DNA of 63,473 nucleotides, filler included. It is 7 parts of 7 records of this genome, joined end to end, with 100 filler letters (N's around TTAATTAATTAA, not from the genome) between each part and the next. Parts side by side here need not be neighbours in the genome. Positions count along the whole stretch, not along the records: positions 1 to 7,917 come from DRR723986_46354; positions 8,018 to 26,846 come from DRR723986_46360; 5 more parts are not named here. One strand, 5' to 3'. Below, piece by piece: positions 1 through 10,214 of this stretch. The stretch's first letter is position 1, and every line of letters begins with the position of its first letter. The translations under genes were made by a program, and so were the position numbers. The notes beneath the pieces are model-generated. The model searched no databases. It saw only the letters and a program-made list of their open reading frames with translations, and was not told the DNA's origin.

Positions 1-415
1 TCTGGGCATGGGCGACATGCTCTACATGGCCGGCGGCGGGCGCATCCAGCGTGTGCACGGGCCGTTCGTCTCCGACGACGAGGTCGAGGATATCGTCAAG
101 CACCTGAAGGTTCAGGGCACGCCGCAATATCTGGAAGCCGTGACCGAGGAAGATGACGAGGCCGAAAGCCCCTACGACGGTGGCGGCGGACTTGCCGGCG
201 GCGAGGAGGGCAACGATCTGTACGACAAGGCGGTTGCCATCGTGCTGCGCGACAAGAAAGCGTCGACCTCCTATGTGCAGCGGCGCCTTTCGATCGGCTA
301 CAACCGTGCTGCTTCGCTGATTGAGCGGATGGAAAACGAAGGCCTGATCAGCTCCGCCAACCATGCCGGAAAACGCGAAATTCTCGTGCAGAACGGCGTG
401 GAAGAAGATTTTTGA
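1..415 (+). CDS. ftsK: DNA translocase FtsK, C-terminal part (5' truncated by window edge)
   Basis: GDMLY...RVHGPFVSDDEV and gamma domain KASTSYVQRRLSIGYNRAASLIERME; upstream of lolA. Confidence 0.95.
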   Translation, partial: LGMGDMLYMAGGGRIQRVHGPFVSDDEVEDIVKHLKVQGTPQYLEAVTEEDDEAESPYDGGGGLAGGEEGNDLYDKAVAIVLRDKKASTSYVQRRLSIGYNRAASLIERMENEGLISSANHAGKREILVQNGVEEDF

Positions 416-499
416 TGGTAAACTGCCAAAGCTTTGCCACACACGCTCCCTAGCTAGGGGGAAACGTGTCACACAGAGAACGATTTAGGACATTGCATC

Positions 500-1147
500 A
501 TGCTGAAACGCTTCGCTTCCCGCCTGATCAAACCTATGCTGGCAGCCGGTATTGCTGCGGCTCTGTCCCTGTCGGCACTGCTGCCCGCCGCGGCGCTGAC
601 CGAGCAGGAACAAAATGCCCTCAGGGATCTCAACTCCTATTTCAACTCGGTGAAGACCATGCATGGCGACTTCATCCAGTTCGGTCCTGACGGAAACCAG
701 TCCGACGGCAAGTTCTACATGGCCCGCCCGGGAAAGGTGCGCTTCTACTACAACAAGCCTTCCGTGCTCGACATTGTGGCCGACGGCAAGTCGGTGTCCG
801 TGCGCGACCGCAAGCTGAACACCCAGGACATCTGGCCTCTTGGCCAGACGCCGCTGCGCTTCCTGCTGTCCGACGACATCGACCTGCAGAAGGACACCAA
901 CGTCACCAACGTTCTGGTGGAAGAAGACCTGATCACCGTCACGATCCTGGACAAGACCAAGTTCAATTCCGGTACGCTGACGCTGATCTTCGATGCCAAG
1001 GACTACGCATTGAAGCAGTGGACCGTTACCGACCAGCAGGGCTACGACACCTCCGTTGCGGTCTATAACGTTGTGTCCAACGGCCCGACCAATCCGGACC
1101 TTTTCAAGATCGATTATCTGGCCAACGCCCGCCAGAAAAACAACTGA
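500..1147 (+). CDS. lolA: Outer-membrane lipoprotein carrier protein LolA
   Basis: Signal peptide; GDFIQ...GKFYMARPGKVRFYY...IVADGK; ftsK-lolA synteny. Confidence 0.9.
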   Translation: MLKRFASRLIKPMLAAGIAAALSLSALLPAAALTEQEQNALRDLNSYFNSVKTMHGDFIQFGPDGNQSDGKFYMARPGKVRFYYNKPSVLDIVADGKSVSVRDRKLNTQDIWPLGQTPLRFLLSDDIDLQKDTNVTNVLVEEDLITVTILDKTKFNSGTLTLIFDAKDYALKQWTVTDQQGYDTSVAVYNVVSNGPTNPDLFKIDYLANARQKNN

Positions 1148-1166
1148 CAGCCCGGCTGGCCCCAGC

Positions 1167-2129
1167 ATGACGGAAACGGCCGGCCGGCGCGCACTCGTCT
1201 TTGACTTGCTTGAGGCCTATTGCGCCCGCAAAGGCTACCGCCTGACGGCGGGCGACGGCCATGGCCATGCCGGCATGGTCGAAAGCCCGTCCGGCAAGCG
1301 CTGGTTCTTCAAAGGCACAAGGTTCGACCTCAACACGCTCGGCGCAGCGGAAATCGCCACCGACAAGGCCTATGCCGCGGCCTTTCTGAAGGCCGCAGGC
1401 CTGACAGTGCCGGACGGACTTCTGGTTTTCGCACACGACATCCGCACGAGCCGAACTGCGCCGCAAGACCTTCTGGATTTTGTCGGGAACCAGGGGTTCC
1501 CGCTTTACGTCAAACCGAATTGTGGCCGGGAAGGGCGGGATGTAGTGCGGGTCGACACCAGTCACACCCTTCAAACGGCCCTGCACACCCTCGCCAAGAG
1601 CAACGACCAGCTGCTGGTGCAACCGGAAATCCGCGGACAGGAACTGAGAATTATCATTCTGGACGACGATGTGCTGTGCGCCATCGAACGCCATCCGCCT
1701 CAGATCACGGGCGACGGTCATCGCAGTATTGCCGAGATTATCGGTGCCGATCCGCGCTTCGACGCCGCCGACCCCCGCCTCGTCCTCGAACTGCAGCAAC
1801 AAGGGCTGATGCTGGAAACGGTTCCCGCGCCAGGCCAGACGGTCACGCTTCTGCCCGTGGTCAATCTGTCCGCGGGCGGCACGGCCAGAATTGTCACCGG
1901 CTCGCTCGCCCCGGACCTTGCAGCCCTTGCCCGCGAGGCCGCGCAGGCCCTGTCTCTGCGTTATGCCGCCGTTGACCTGATCTTGCCGACTGCAGCCAAC
2001 GCAGAACCTGTTGTCCTGGAGGTCAACGCCGCGCCAGGTCTCGGCAACCTCGCCCGGCAGGGGTCTGAAGAGACCGCAGTGGTGAAGCATATCTACGAGC
2101 GTGTGTTCGAAGCGACATTCGCCGAATAG
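1167..2129 (+). CDS. Stand-alone ATP-grasp ligase (cyanophycin synthetase / GshF ATP-grasp-like)
   Basis: DKAYA, FPLYVKP..G..G, R.PPQITGDG..SI.E, NLSAGG, YAAVDLI, VLEVNAAPGL; start moved to ATG 1167 after the lolA stop. Confidence 0.8.
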   Translation: MTETAGRRALVFDLLEAYCARKGYRLTAGDGHGHAGMVESPSGKRWFFKGTRFDLNTLGAAEIATDKAYAAAFLKAAGLTVPDGLLVFAHDIRTSRTAPQDLLDFVGNQGFPLYVKPNCGREGRDVVRVDTSHTLQTALHTLAKSNDQLLVQPEIRGQELRIIILDDDVLCAIERHPPQITGDGHRSIAEIIGADPRFDAADPRLVLELQQQGLMLETVPAPGQTVTLLPVVNLSAGGTARIVTGSLAPDLAALAREAAQALSLRYAAVDLILPTAANAEPVVLEVNAAPGLGNLARQGSEETAVVKHIYERVFEATFAE

Positions 2130-2258
2130 ATCCCGCTGACCCCGGGAGCGCTGCGCGTCTAAGCGCCTGGGAAGGCTATGCCAAAGCAGGCTGCCGACAA
2201 AACTTGACCTTGGCGGGTGGGTTTTCAGATCCTACATGGAGCTCCAACGGAGATATCC

Positions 2259-3254
2259 ATGCAGCATTTTTCCCTTCTCGATCTGTCCCCTGTGCCGGAA
2301 GGCCAGACAGCGGCCGCGGCTCTGGCAAACACGGTCGATCTGGCGCGGTCCGCGGAACAGGCAGGCTACCATCGCTACTGGCTGGCCGAGCATCACAACA
2401 TGCCTGGCATCGCCAGCGCCGCAACATCCCTTGTCATCGGCCAGGTGGCGGCAGCAACCTCCACCATGCGCGTCGGCGCGGGCGGTATCATGCTGCCCAA
2501 CCACTCGCCGCTGATCATCGCCGAGCAATTCGGCACGCTGGCAACGCTGTACCCGGGCCGGATCGACCTGGGCCTGGGCCGTGCCCCGGGCACGGACATG
2601 GCGACGGCCAGGGCCCTGCGTCGCCACATGGCCGGTGAGGACAGTTTTCCGCAGGATGTCCAGGAGCTGATGGGCTATTTCAGACCCGCTTCTGAAACCA
2701 GCAGGGTGCGCGCGATCCCGGGCGAAGGCACGCAGGTTCCGATCTGGATCCTTGGCTCGAGCCTTTACGGCGCGCAACTCGCGGCGGCCTTCGGGCTGCC
2801 CTATGCCTTTGCCTCCCATTTCGCACCGGACATGCTGGAGGAGGCGCTGGAGATTTATCGGGCAACCTTCCAGCCGTCACCGCAGCTCGCCAGACCGCAT
2901 GTGATGGTGGCAGCTGGCGTATTTGCTGCCGACACCGACGAAGAGGCAGATTACCTGCGCTCTTCCCAGTTGCTCGCTTTCGCCCGGTTGCGCATGGGCA
3001 ACCCCGGTAAACTGCCCCTGCCGGTGGAAAATGTCCCCGCCGAAATTCCGCCCGCCGTACTGGCGCAAGTCGAACACGCCCTGTCCTGCTCGGCAACGGG
3101 ATCTCCGGCGACGATCCGCGACCAACTGTCGGCAATCATCACCCGCTACCAGCCCGACGAACTGATGATCACCGGCATGATCCACGATCACGGTGCCCGC
3201 GTGAAATCCTTCCAGCTCGCGGCCGACGTCCTGAAGGATCTCGTGACAGCTTAG
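2259..3254 (+). CDS. LLM class flavin-dependent oxidoreductase (luciferase-like)
   Basis: [48 protein letters not shown] before ATG 2259. Confidence 0.92.
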   Translation: MQHFSLLDLSPVPEGQTAAAALANTVDLARSAEQAGYHRYWLAEHHNMPGIASAATSLVIGQVAAATSTMRVGAGGIMLPNHSPLIIAEQFGTLATLYPGRIDLGLGRAPGTDMATARALRRHMAGEDSFPQDVQELMGYFRPASETSRVRAIPGEGTQVPIWILGSSLYGAQLAAAFGLPYAFASHFAPDMLEEALEIYRATFQPSPQLARPHVMVAAGVFAADTDEEADYLRSSQLLAFARLRMGNPGKLPLPVENVPAEIPPAVLAQVEHALSCSATGSPATIRDQLSAIITRYQPDELMITGMIHDHGARVKSFQLAADVLKDLVTA

Positions 3255-3866
3255 TCAACCATCAAAGGCGCTTCGACAAATATGGGCGGTTTCCTCCAGC
3301 CAGTCTTGCCGCTGGGGATAGGAGCTGCCCACAACGGGCCTGAAGACGTGGCGCTCATAATCCAGAGCGCCACAATACGGCAGTACGCACCGGCCCCAGA
3401 TCAGCTCCAGCGGGTCACCAAGATCAAGCCGCTCTCGCTCCGCCTCGGTGTCGGACGTGTTGAAGACGACGGCATTGCGGATCGACAGCAGCCCTTCCGG
3501 CAGACCGTCGGCAGTCTGCAGCCGATAGGCAACGCCCGGCACCAGCACACGGTCCATCCAGCCTGCAAGGATCGCCGGCGGTTTGCCCCACCAGTTCGGA
3601 TGGACGACCAGCAGACCATCGGCGTTCGAAATACCTTCCCTGTGCCGCGCAACAACGGCATCCTCTGAACGGGACAGCACTTCTTCCAGGGTATCGCCGA
3701 TCGAGTAGGCTTCCTCTGCTGTCAGACAGGGATCGAACTCTTCGGCGTAAAGATCGTGGTGATCTATCTGGTGCCCCTCGGCCTCCAGAGCATCACGCGC
3801 CTGTTTCGACAGCGCATGGCAGAAGCTGTTGTCCCTGGGGTGCGCCAGAAGGGAAAAGATGCGCAA
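3255..3866 (-). CDS. NAD(P)H-dependent oxidoreductase (flavodoxin-like fold 2)
   Basis: AHPRDNSFCHAL, DLYAEEFDP, HPNWWGKPPAILAGWMDRVL; TTG start at 3866 inferred (ORF track opens at 3950). Confidence 0.85.
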   Translation of the reverse strand: MRIFSLLAHPRDNSFCHALSKQARDALEAEGHQIDHHDLYAEEFDPCLTAEEAYSIGDTLEEVLSRSEDAVVARHREGISNADGLLVVHPNWWGKPPAILAGWMDRVLVPGVAYRLQTADGLPEGLLSIRNAVVFNTSDTEAERERLDLGDPLELIWGRCVLPYCGALDYERHVFRPVVGSSYPQRQDWLEETAHICRSAFDG

Positions 3867-4145
3867 CGGCCTGTTTCCTTGATGCAAATTGAAAATACCG
3901 GCTCGCAAATGTGCCGGAGCAATTCCTGTTCCCATGACTTCGCAATTCATTTCAGCCCTTTCAACCCTGACAAGACCATTTGCCTGGTTTGACCTTCTGG
4001 ACGGCTGTCGAAGGATCGAAATCCGCGCGTAAGCATCTGCTTATGATGCCCGGCGTCAGCAGTCCTTCAATCGACCGAAGCAGAGTTTGCGGCCAATCAG
4101 GACGAAGACCGCAACGGTCGCAGAAACCTGATGAAGGACAAAATC

Positions 4146-4406
4146 ATGCTGAAGAAATCTCTCGCCGTACTTTGCCTCTGCCTTGCTCCGGTCGCCGCGC
4201 AGGCCATGCCCGCCGTTGGTGACATGGTCGGCACCAATCCCGAGGAGGCCACCGCGGCGCTGGCCAAGGCCGGTTGCACCGTCAAGGAATTCGAAGCCGA
4301 GGACGGCAAGATCGAAGCGAAATGCACCGATGCGCAAAACAAGCTTTGGGAAGTCTACATCGACCCGAAATCCGGCAAGGTCACCAACGTCAAGAACGAA
4401 GACTGA
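4146..4406 (+). CDS. PepSY domain-containing periplasmic protein
   Basis: Signal peptide; EFEAEDGKIEA...WEVYIDPKSGKV. Confidence 0.8.
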   Translation: MLKKSLAVLCLCLAPVAAQAMPAVGDMVGTNPEEATAALAKAGCTVKEFEAEDGKIEAKCTDAQNKLWEVYIDPKSGKVTNVKNED

Positions 4407-4408
4407 TC

Positions 4409-5062
4409 ATGGGTGCCTCAAACACCCCGCAATCGAACGAGGGGGCGCAAAGCCCCCCCGAATTGTGGGATCCGCTGGTGCGTATCAGCCATTGGCTGAT
4501 CGCAGTCGCGGTGATAGCCAACGGTCTCCTCAACAAGCCGGGTGGCACCATTCACATCTGGATTGGCTGGGGAGTTCTCGCCCTGCTTGCGCTCCGTTTT
4601 GTCTGGGGATTTCTCGGACCGGCGGAAGCCAGGTTCTCCGCCTTTCCACCTGACCCACGCGCTGCGGTGTCTCACCTGATCGATCTCGTTCGCGGTAGCC
4701 CGCGCCACTACCGCTCCCATAATCCCGCCGGAGCGATCATGGTCTATGCGCTCTGGGCCTGCCTTGTGGTGGTAACCGGAACCGGCCTTTACATGACCGG
4801 TGCCAAGAGCCCCATCACGATTGCCGAGGAAAAGGCGGCGGTTGCCGCCGGAGACTGGTCGGTGCTCGTCAAGGACGACAATGATGAAAAGGGCGAAGAC
4901 AGCAAGGTGCTGGGGGAAGCTGCAAAGGAAGTTCATGAAATCGCAGCCAACCTGATGCTGGTGCTGGCCCTGATCCATGTCGCAGGTGTCGCAGTTGAAA
5001 GTCGCGCGACGAGGCGTAATCTGGTCCGACCCATGCTGGTTGGCCGGAACAGGGAAAAATGA
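4409..5062 (+). CDS. Cytochrome b/b6 domain membrane protein (Ni-hydrogenase cyt b-like)
   Basis: WDPLVRISHW, HIWIG, HNPAGA, EVHE...LIHVAGV heme-ligand His pattern. Confidence 0.88.
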   Translation: MGASNTPQSNEGAQSPPELWDPLVRISHWLIAVAVIANGLLNKPGGTIHIWIGWGVLALLALRFVWGFLGPAEARFSAFPPDPRAAVSHLIDLVRGSPRHYRSHNPAGAIMVYALWACLVVVTGTGLYMTGAKSPITIAEEKAAVAAGDWSVLVKDDNDEKGEDSKVLGEAAKEVHEIAANLMLVLALIHVAGVAVESRATRRNLVRPMLVGRNREK

Positions 5063-5592
5063 CATTTACAGGGATCAACCTTCGACAGGGGCGGCGGGAG
5101 ACGACCGCCCTTGCCGCGTTCATGCTGTTGCAGTCCGTTGCCGCGATCTTTTTTGTCGGCGATGCCTTTACCGATCTTGTGACCGACGTCAGCAGCCCGC
5201 ATTCCATTTTCGAATTCTTTGTCGCCTTCGTGTTGATCGTCGGCATTTTTCTGGCCGGCTGGCAGTTGCGGCTCACCCTGGAAAGACTGCGCAATCAGGA
5301 GCGCGCCCTTGGAGCCGCCCGTGGCGACCTTGCCCGGATCATTGACGCGCAGTTTGCCGAATGGGGCCTGACGCCTGCCGAAAGCGATGTCGGCCTCCTG
5401 GCCCTGAAAGGCCTGGATCTTTCCGAAATCGCTCAGCTGCGGGGCGCGGCACAGGGAACCGTGCGCGCCCAATTGACCAGAATCTACGCAAAGGCCGGTG
5501 TTTCAGGCCGTCACCAGTTTGCGGCCTGGTTCGTTGAAGACCTGCTTCAGGACGGCATTGCGGACAGGGCCACGGTGTCCGCTGAGGCCTGA
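5059..5592 (+). CDS. Membrane-anchored LuxR-type HTH regulator
   Basis: Two N-terminal TM segments; WGLTPAESDVGLLALKG...EIAQLRG...GTVRAQLTRIYAKAG; ATGA overlap with cyt b. Confidence 0.85.
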   Translation: MTFTGINLRQGRRETTALAAFMLLQSVAAIFFVGDAFTDLVTDVSSPHSIFEFFVAFVLIVGIFLAGWQLRLTLERLRNQERALGAARGDLARIIDAQFAEWGLTPAESDVGLLALKGLDLSEIAQLRGAAQGTVRAQLTRIYAKAGVSGRHQFAAWFVEDLLQDGIADRATVSAEA

Positions 5593-5763
5593 GCCTGTTT
5601 GGCGACACCAGAGCCCGAACAGATCCCGGGCAAATCCCGGATAAATCCCGAACACGACCATTCCGTGCATTAAGCGTAAGTACTATCACAGCTTGGCTAA
5701 TTGCCATGTTGCATCTACTCTCCCAGAGGAACTCACCGAGCGTGTTCAAGGGAGACGAGGATC

Positions 5764-7350
5764 ATGTCTTTTCGACATCTGCTTGCAGGCCTGCCCATCG
5801 CACTTCTCATGGCGTGCACAACGTCCATGGCGCAAGAGTCAAAACCACCAAACATATTGGTCATCTGGGGCGACGATGTCGGTTGGCAAAATGTTTCCGC
5901 CTACGGCATGGGCACCATGGGTTACACCACGCCCAACATCGACCGCCTGGCGAATGAAGGCCTCCGCTTCACCGATCACTACGCCCAGCCGAGCTGCACC
6001 GCAGGCCGTGCGGCCTTCCTGACCGGTCAGTACCCGATCAGGTCCGGCATGACCACCGTGGGTCAACCCGGGTCGTCGCTCGGTCTGAAAGCAGAGTCGC
6101 CAACGCTTGCGGAGGAACTGAAACAGATCGGCTACCGCACGGGGCATTTCGGCAAGAACCATCTGGGTGACCGGAACGAACACCTGCCCACCGTCCATGG
6201 CTTCGACGAATTCTTCGGTAATCTCTATCATCTCAATACGCAGGAAGAAGCCGAACAGCGCGACTACCAGCGTTTCGGCGAAGCCTTTTCCGGCAGCCTT
6301 GAGGAATACGAGAAGCAGTTCGGAACACGGGGCGTCATACACAGCTTTGCATCGGAAACCTTCGACGATACCGAACAGCCCAGGTTTGGCGTCATAGGCA
6401 AGCAGACGGTCGAGGACACCGGTCCGCTCACCCAGGAGCGGATGAAGAACTTCGATGAGGGTGAAGTCATCCCTCTGGCCAAGGACTTCATGAAAAACGC
6501 CCAGGAAGCAGGCGAACCGTTCTTTGTCTGGCTGAACACCAGCCGCATGCATCTCTACACGCGGCTGAACGACGAGTGGCGCTATGCCGCAGAAACCTAT
6601 ACGACCGAAGCCGACTACCACGGCTCGGGCATGCTGCAGCACGACCATGATATCGGCCTGGTGCTGGACTGGCTCGACCAACAGGGCCTGACCGAAAACA
6701 CCATTGTCTGGTATTCGACCGACAACGGACCCGAGCATTCTTCCTGGCCCCACGGCGCAACCACTCCGTTCCGGGGCGAAAAGATGACCACCTATGAAGG
6801 CGGCGTCCGTGTCATTTCCATGGTTCGCTGGCCGAACATACTGGAAGCCGGCAAGACACTTACCGGAATTCAGGCACACCAGGACATGTTCACCACCCTG
6901 GCTGCCGCAGCCGGCATTGAAGACGTCAAGGCCGAAGTGATGGCCGAGAAGCAGCAGTTCATCGACGGGGTCAACAACCTGGCTTACTGGAAGGGCGAAC
7001 AGGCCAATTCCAATCGCAACCACATCTTCCACTACTACGAAAGCGTGCTGACGGCGATCAGGATGGGACCGTGGAAATTCCACTTCTCGACCAAGGAAGA
7101 TTATTACGCCAACCTGGTTCCGCGGACAGCACCTTTGGTGTTCAACATCCGAGCGGATCCGTTTGAAAGCTACGATTCAACCGATGGCTACGGACACCTG
7201 ATGCAGAAGGTATCGTGGCTTATCCAGCCGATGGGTGTGCTCATGGGTCAACATCTGCAAAGCCTTGCCGACTATCCCCCGGTCCAAGGAGGTGCGTCGT
7301 TCAACATGTCGAACATCGTCGAGGACTTTCTGTCGAAGGGGATGCAGTAG
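5764..7350 (+). CDS. Arylsulfatase (Cys-type, formylglycine-dependent)
   Basis: [39 protein letters not shown]; signal peptide. Confidence 0.92.
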   Translation: MSFRHLLAGLPIALLMACTTSMAQESKPPNILVIWGDDVGWQNVSAYGMGTMGYTTPNIDRLANEGLRFTDHYAQPSCTAGRAAFLTGQYPIRSGMTTVGQPGSSLGLKAESPTLAEELKQIGYRTGHFGKNHLGDRNEHLPTVHGFDEFFGNLYHLNTQEEAEQRDYQRFGEAFSGSLEEYEKQFGTRGVIHSFASETFDDTEQPRFGVIGKQTVEDTGPLTQERMKNFDEGEVIPLAKDFMKNAQEAGEPFFVWLNTSRMHLYTRLNDEWRYAAETYTTEADYHGSGMLQHDHDIGLVLDWLDQQGLTENTIVWYSTDNGPEHSSWPHGATTPFRGEKMTTYEGGVRVISMVRWPNILEAGKTLTGIQAHQDMFTTLAAAAGIEDVKAEVMAEKQQFIDGVNNLAYWKGEQANSNRNHIFHYYESVLTAIRMGPWKFHFSTKEDYYANLVPRTAPLVFNIRADPFESYDSTDGYGHLMQKVSWLIQPMGVLMGQHLQSLADYPPVQGGASFNMSNIVEDFLSKGMQ

Positions 7351-7380
7351 CGAACCGAACTTCATGACCCGACAAAGCGA

Positions 7381-7408
7381 AACGGCCCCGGAACTTTCCG
7401 GGGCCGTT
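7381..7408. terminator. Inverted-repeat terminator between convergent genes
   Basis: AACGGCCCCGGAA-CT-TTCCGGGGCCGTT perfect stem. Confidence 0.75.
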
Positions 7409-7458
7409 GAATTTTCAGCGATCGCGCAGAGCAACCTGATTCCTGGAAACAACTGCGA

Positions 7459-7665
7459 TCAATAGTCGCCGAGCTTGATATCCCGGGAGTATTCAACGCC
7501 TTCGACTTCCTTTGTCACTGCCTGGCCGCAAATGGTCGCGCCACGCGTCGCGTCGTAGGTGAGCGAAGGAGAACCGGACAGCTGCCAGCCCTTGTTGAGA
7601 GCCTGGGTAACCCGGTGGCAGAATTCGCTGTCGTCGATGCCGGTGATGAAGCGGTAGAGTTTCAT
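7459..7665 (-). CDS. DUF1737 family protein
   Basis: MKLYRFITG.DDSEFCHRVT.ALNKGWQLSGSPSL; typical neighbour of CoA ester lyase. Confidence 0.8.
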   Translation of the reverse strand: MKLYRFITGIDDSEFCHRVTQALNKGWQLSGSPSLTYDATRGATICGQAVTKEVEGVEYSRDIKLGDY

Positions 7666-7682
7666 GAGAGCTCTCTTGTGTG

Positions 7683-7917
7683 TCAGGTCCGGGCAGCGAT
7701 GGCGTCGGCGATGGCGATCACCCGCTTGCCCATGTCCGCATGTAGCCTTTCAACCATCTTGCCGTCCACCTGGATTGCGCCCTTGCCCGCATTTTCAGGC
7801 TCATCGAACAGAGAATTGATCTTGCGTGCCCAGGCAACTTCCTCTTCCGACGGACTGAAGGCTGCGTGGCAGGGGGCGATCTGTTTCGGGTGGATCAGCG
7901 TCTTGCCGTCCATGCCC
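7683..7917 (-). CDS. CoA ester lyase (CitE/HpcH family), 3' part
   Basis: GKTLIHPKQI...FSPSEEEVAWA...VDGKMVERLH; cut by spacer. Confidence 0.85.
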
Positions 7918-8017
7918 NNNNNNNNNNNNNNNNNNNNNNNNNNNNNNNNNNNNNNNNNNNNTTAATTAATTAANNNNNNNNNNNNNNNNNNNNNNNNNNN
8001 NNNNNNNNNNNNNNNNN
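7918..8017. other. Artificial contig spacer
   Basis: N44-TTAATTAATTAA-N44; abrupt GC and taxon change across it. Confidence 0.99.
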
Positions 8018-8063
8018 CACCTGATTATGAGTCAGGTGCTCTAACCAACTGAGCTATGGGACC
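8018..8063 (-). tRNA. tRNA with CAT anticodon (probably tRNA-Ile2), 5' half only
   Basis: Reverse strand GGTCCCATAGCTCAGTTGGTTAGAGCACCTGACTCATAATCAGGTG: D-arm and anticodon arm CCTGA-CTCATAA-TCAGG. Confidence 0.85.
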
Positions 8064-8109
8064 AATAAGGCTGCAATATTACTATATATTTTAAAACTCT
8101 ACAAGAAAA

Positions 8110-8514
8110 TTATTCCTTAATATCTTGACACAACTCTACCAAAACACCATTTGTTGATTTAGGATGAAGAAATGCAATTATTTTACCATCAGCACCTTTC
8201 TTAGGTGATTTGTGAATCATTTCAAATCCCTCTTTACTTAACCTTTTAATTTCTTTTTCAATATTGTCCACAGCAAATGCAATATGATGAATACCTTCGC
8301 CTTTTTTTTCTATGAATTTAGCTATTGGACTATTTTTATTAATAGCCTGCAATAATTCAATTTTATTCGGTCCACATTTAAAGAATGATGTTTTAACTCC
8401 TTCACTTTCTACTTCTTCAATTTTATAATGCGCTTTATCAAATAGGGCTTTAAAAAGACTATTAGATGCTTCAATATCTTTTACTGCTATACCGATGTGT
8501 TCTATTTTTCTCAT
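8110..8514 (-). CDS. mce: Methylmalonyl-CoA epimerase
   Basis: IEHIGIAV, KIELL, GEGIHHIAFAV, FLHPKSTNGVLVELCQ. Confidence 0.92.
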   Translation of the reverse strand: MRKIEHIGIAVKDIEASNSLFKALFDKAHYKIEEVESEGVKTSFFKCGPNKIELLQAINKNSPIAKFIEKKGEGIHHIAFAVDNIEKEIKRLSKEGFEMIHKSPKKGADGKIIAFLHPKSTNGVLVELCQDIKE

Positions 8515-8606
8515 TTGTGTTATATTTTGTTGCGAAAGAACGGAATTCTTACTCAGAAATAATATGATTTTTGTTATATAAAAATACTATAATCCTTAAA
8601 ATGCTA

Positions 8607-8614
8607 TACTTTTG
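8607..8614 (+). promoter_or_regulatory. Bacteroidota -7 promoter element (TAnnTTTG)
   Basis: TACTTTTG just upstream of the rbfA ATG at 8619. Confidence 0.45.
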
Positions 8615-8618
8615 CAAT

Positions 8619-9011
8619 ATGGAAAGCAACAGACAAAAAAAAATAGCAGGAATTTTACAACAAGACTTAGTGGATGTTTTACAGCGTGCTGCATCTACTG
8701 GAGGTCTGAAAGGTGTAATTATTTCAGTATCTAAAGTTAGCGTAACTGTAGACCTATCTATAGCAAAAGTTTATCTGAGTATTTTCCCAAACAAAGAAGC
8801 AAAAACACTTCTTAAAGGCATAAGGTCTAACACTCCTTTAATTAGGCATGAGTTAGCACAACGCACGCGCCACCAACTAAGGCGCATGCCACAGTTGGAG
8901 TTTTTTATAGACGACTCATTAGAATATATTGATGGTATTGAACGTTCGCTTAAAGGAGAAGACAACCCTCTTGAAAACCCTGATTTACTCGGAAAGCGTA
9001 AAAAATCTTAA
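8619..9011 (+). CDS. rbfA: Ribosome-binding factor A
   Basis: MESNRQKKIA...VTVDLSIAKVYLSIFP...QLRRMPQLEFFIDDSLEY. Confidence 0.95.
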   Translation: MESNRQKKIAGILQQDLVDVLQRAASTGGLKGVIISVSKVSVTVDLSIAKVYLSIFPNKEAKTLLKGIRSNTPLIRHELAQRTRHQLRRMPQLEFFIDDSLEYIDGIERSLKGEDNPLENPDLLGKRKKS

Positions 9012-10214
9012 GTGAATTTCCCTCTATATATAGCAAAACGATATTTATTCTCTAAAAGCAGTAATAATGCTATAAACATTATGACATTGATTGCCTCAGG
9101 AGGGGTAATCATTGCCTCGGCTTCGTTATTAATTGTATTGTCTGTATTCGCAGGTTTAAAGGACTTTAGTCTTCAATTCTCTTCATTTGTTGATCCAGAT
9201 TTAAAACTAATACCTACGGAAGGTAAATCCTTTAAATGGACCCATGAAGATGAGGTTAAACTTCTTGAGATTTCTGATGTGGTGAATTATTCAAAAATTA
9301 TTGAAGAACGAATTATTATTAAATCAGAAAATAAAAACCTATTGGCCACTCTGAAAGGGGTTGATGAAAACTATTTAATAGTTACTAAAATAGATTCAAT
9401 GGTAACCAAGGGTAATTGGATTTCTCCTGAGGGTAATGAAGTTGTTGCCGGTTGGGGAATTTCTAATAAGTTGTCTTTTGGCGTTTTTGATTATCTAAAA
9501 CCCTTATCACTTTATGTGCCTAAGCCAGGTAAAGGGCAGATAAGTTCTTTGCGCGGAGCTTACAATACTGTATTAGTAAATAATGTGGGATTGTTTGATA
9601 TTAATGAAGAGCTCAATGAAGAATTTGTTTTTACCAATATAGAATTAGCAAGAGGACTTTTAAACTACTCAGAAAATCAAATAAGCTCCTTAGAATTAAA
9701 ACTACTTGAAGACGCTCATGAAGATGATATAAGGGAACAGCTATTTAATATATATAATAACCGTTTTATAATTAAAAACAGGGAGCAATTAAACGATGCG
9801 TTATTTAAAATGCTCAACACCGAAAATCTGGCAATCTATCTTATTTTTACATTAGTTATTATAATTGCTTTATTTAATGTTATTGGAGCAATCATTATGA
9901 TGATTCTAGATAAAAAGAAATCTCTTAACACTTTGTTTAATCTTGGCACAGAACCAAAAACAATAAAAAGAATCTTCTTTTTTCAAGGCAGCTTAATGAC
10001 TATCGTAAGCGGAACAATAGGTGTCTGCTTAGGTGTTTTAATTGTTCTATTTCAACAATCATTTGAATGGGTTATGTTAACACCTGAACTTCCCTATCCA
10101 GTACGCTTAAATTTACTGAATATTATTATTGTAATTGCCACAATTTTTGCCCTTGGTATTTTGGCCTCTAGGATTGCATCTCAAAGAATTACAAAGCAAC
10201 TTATACAATCTTAA
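9012..10214 (+). CDS. ABC transporter permease, LolC/E (FtsX-like) family
   Basis: FPLYIAKRYLFSK, large periplasmic loop, IIALFNVIG. Confidence 0.85.
   Translation: MNFPLYIAKRYLFSKSSNNAINIMTLIASGGVIIASASLLIVLSVFAGLKDFSLQFSSFVDPDLKLIPTEGKSFKWTHEDEVKLLEISDVVNYSKIIEERIIIKSENKNLLATLKGVDENYLIVTKIDSMVTKGNWISPEGNEVVAGWGISNKLSFGVFDYLKPLSLYVPKPGKGQISSLRGAYNTVLVNNVGLFDINEELNEEFVFTNIELARGLLNYSENQISSLELKLLEDAHEDDIREQLFNIYNNRFIIKNREQLNDALFKMLNTENLAIYLIFTLVIIIALFNVIGAIIMMILDKKKSLNTLFNLGTEPKTIKRIFFFQGSLMTIVSGTIGVCLGVLIVLFQQSFEWVMLTPELPYPVRLNLLNIIIVIATIFALGILASRIASQRITKQLIQS

Noticed and set aside
485-7083. Long overlapping alternative-frame ORFs in contig 1 (e.g. 485-1168, 1104-2090, 5839-7083)
   Set aside because: Shadow ORFs expected in high-GC DNA opposite well-supported genes; no recognisable motifs.
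7962-7973. Recurrent TTAATTAATTAA motif as a biological repeat
   Set aside because: Always centred in N-runs of fixed length; it is an artificial six-frame-stop linker.
8018-8063. Partial tRNAs (here and 56690-56721) as prophage or island att scars
   Set aside because: Both are cut exactly at contig ends; no integrase or duplicated 3' end is in view.
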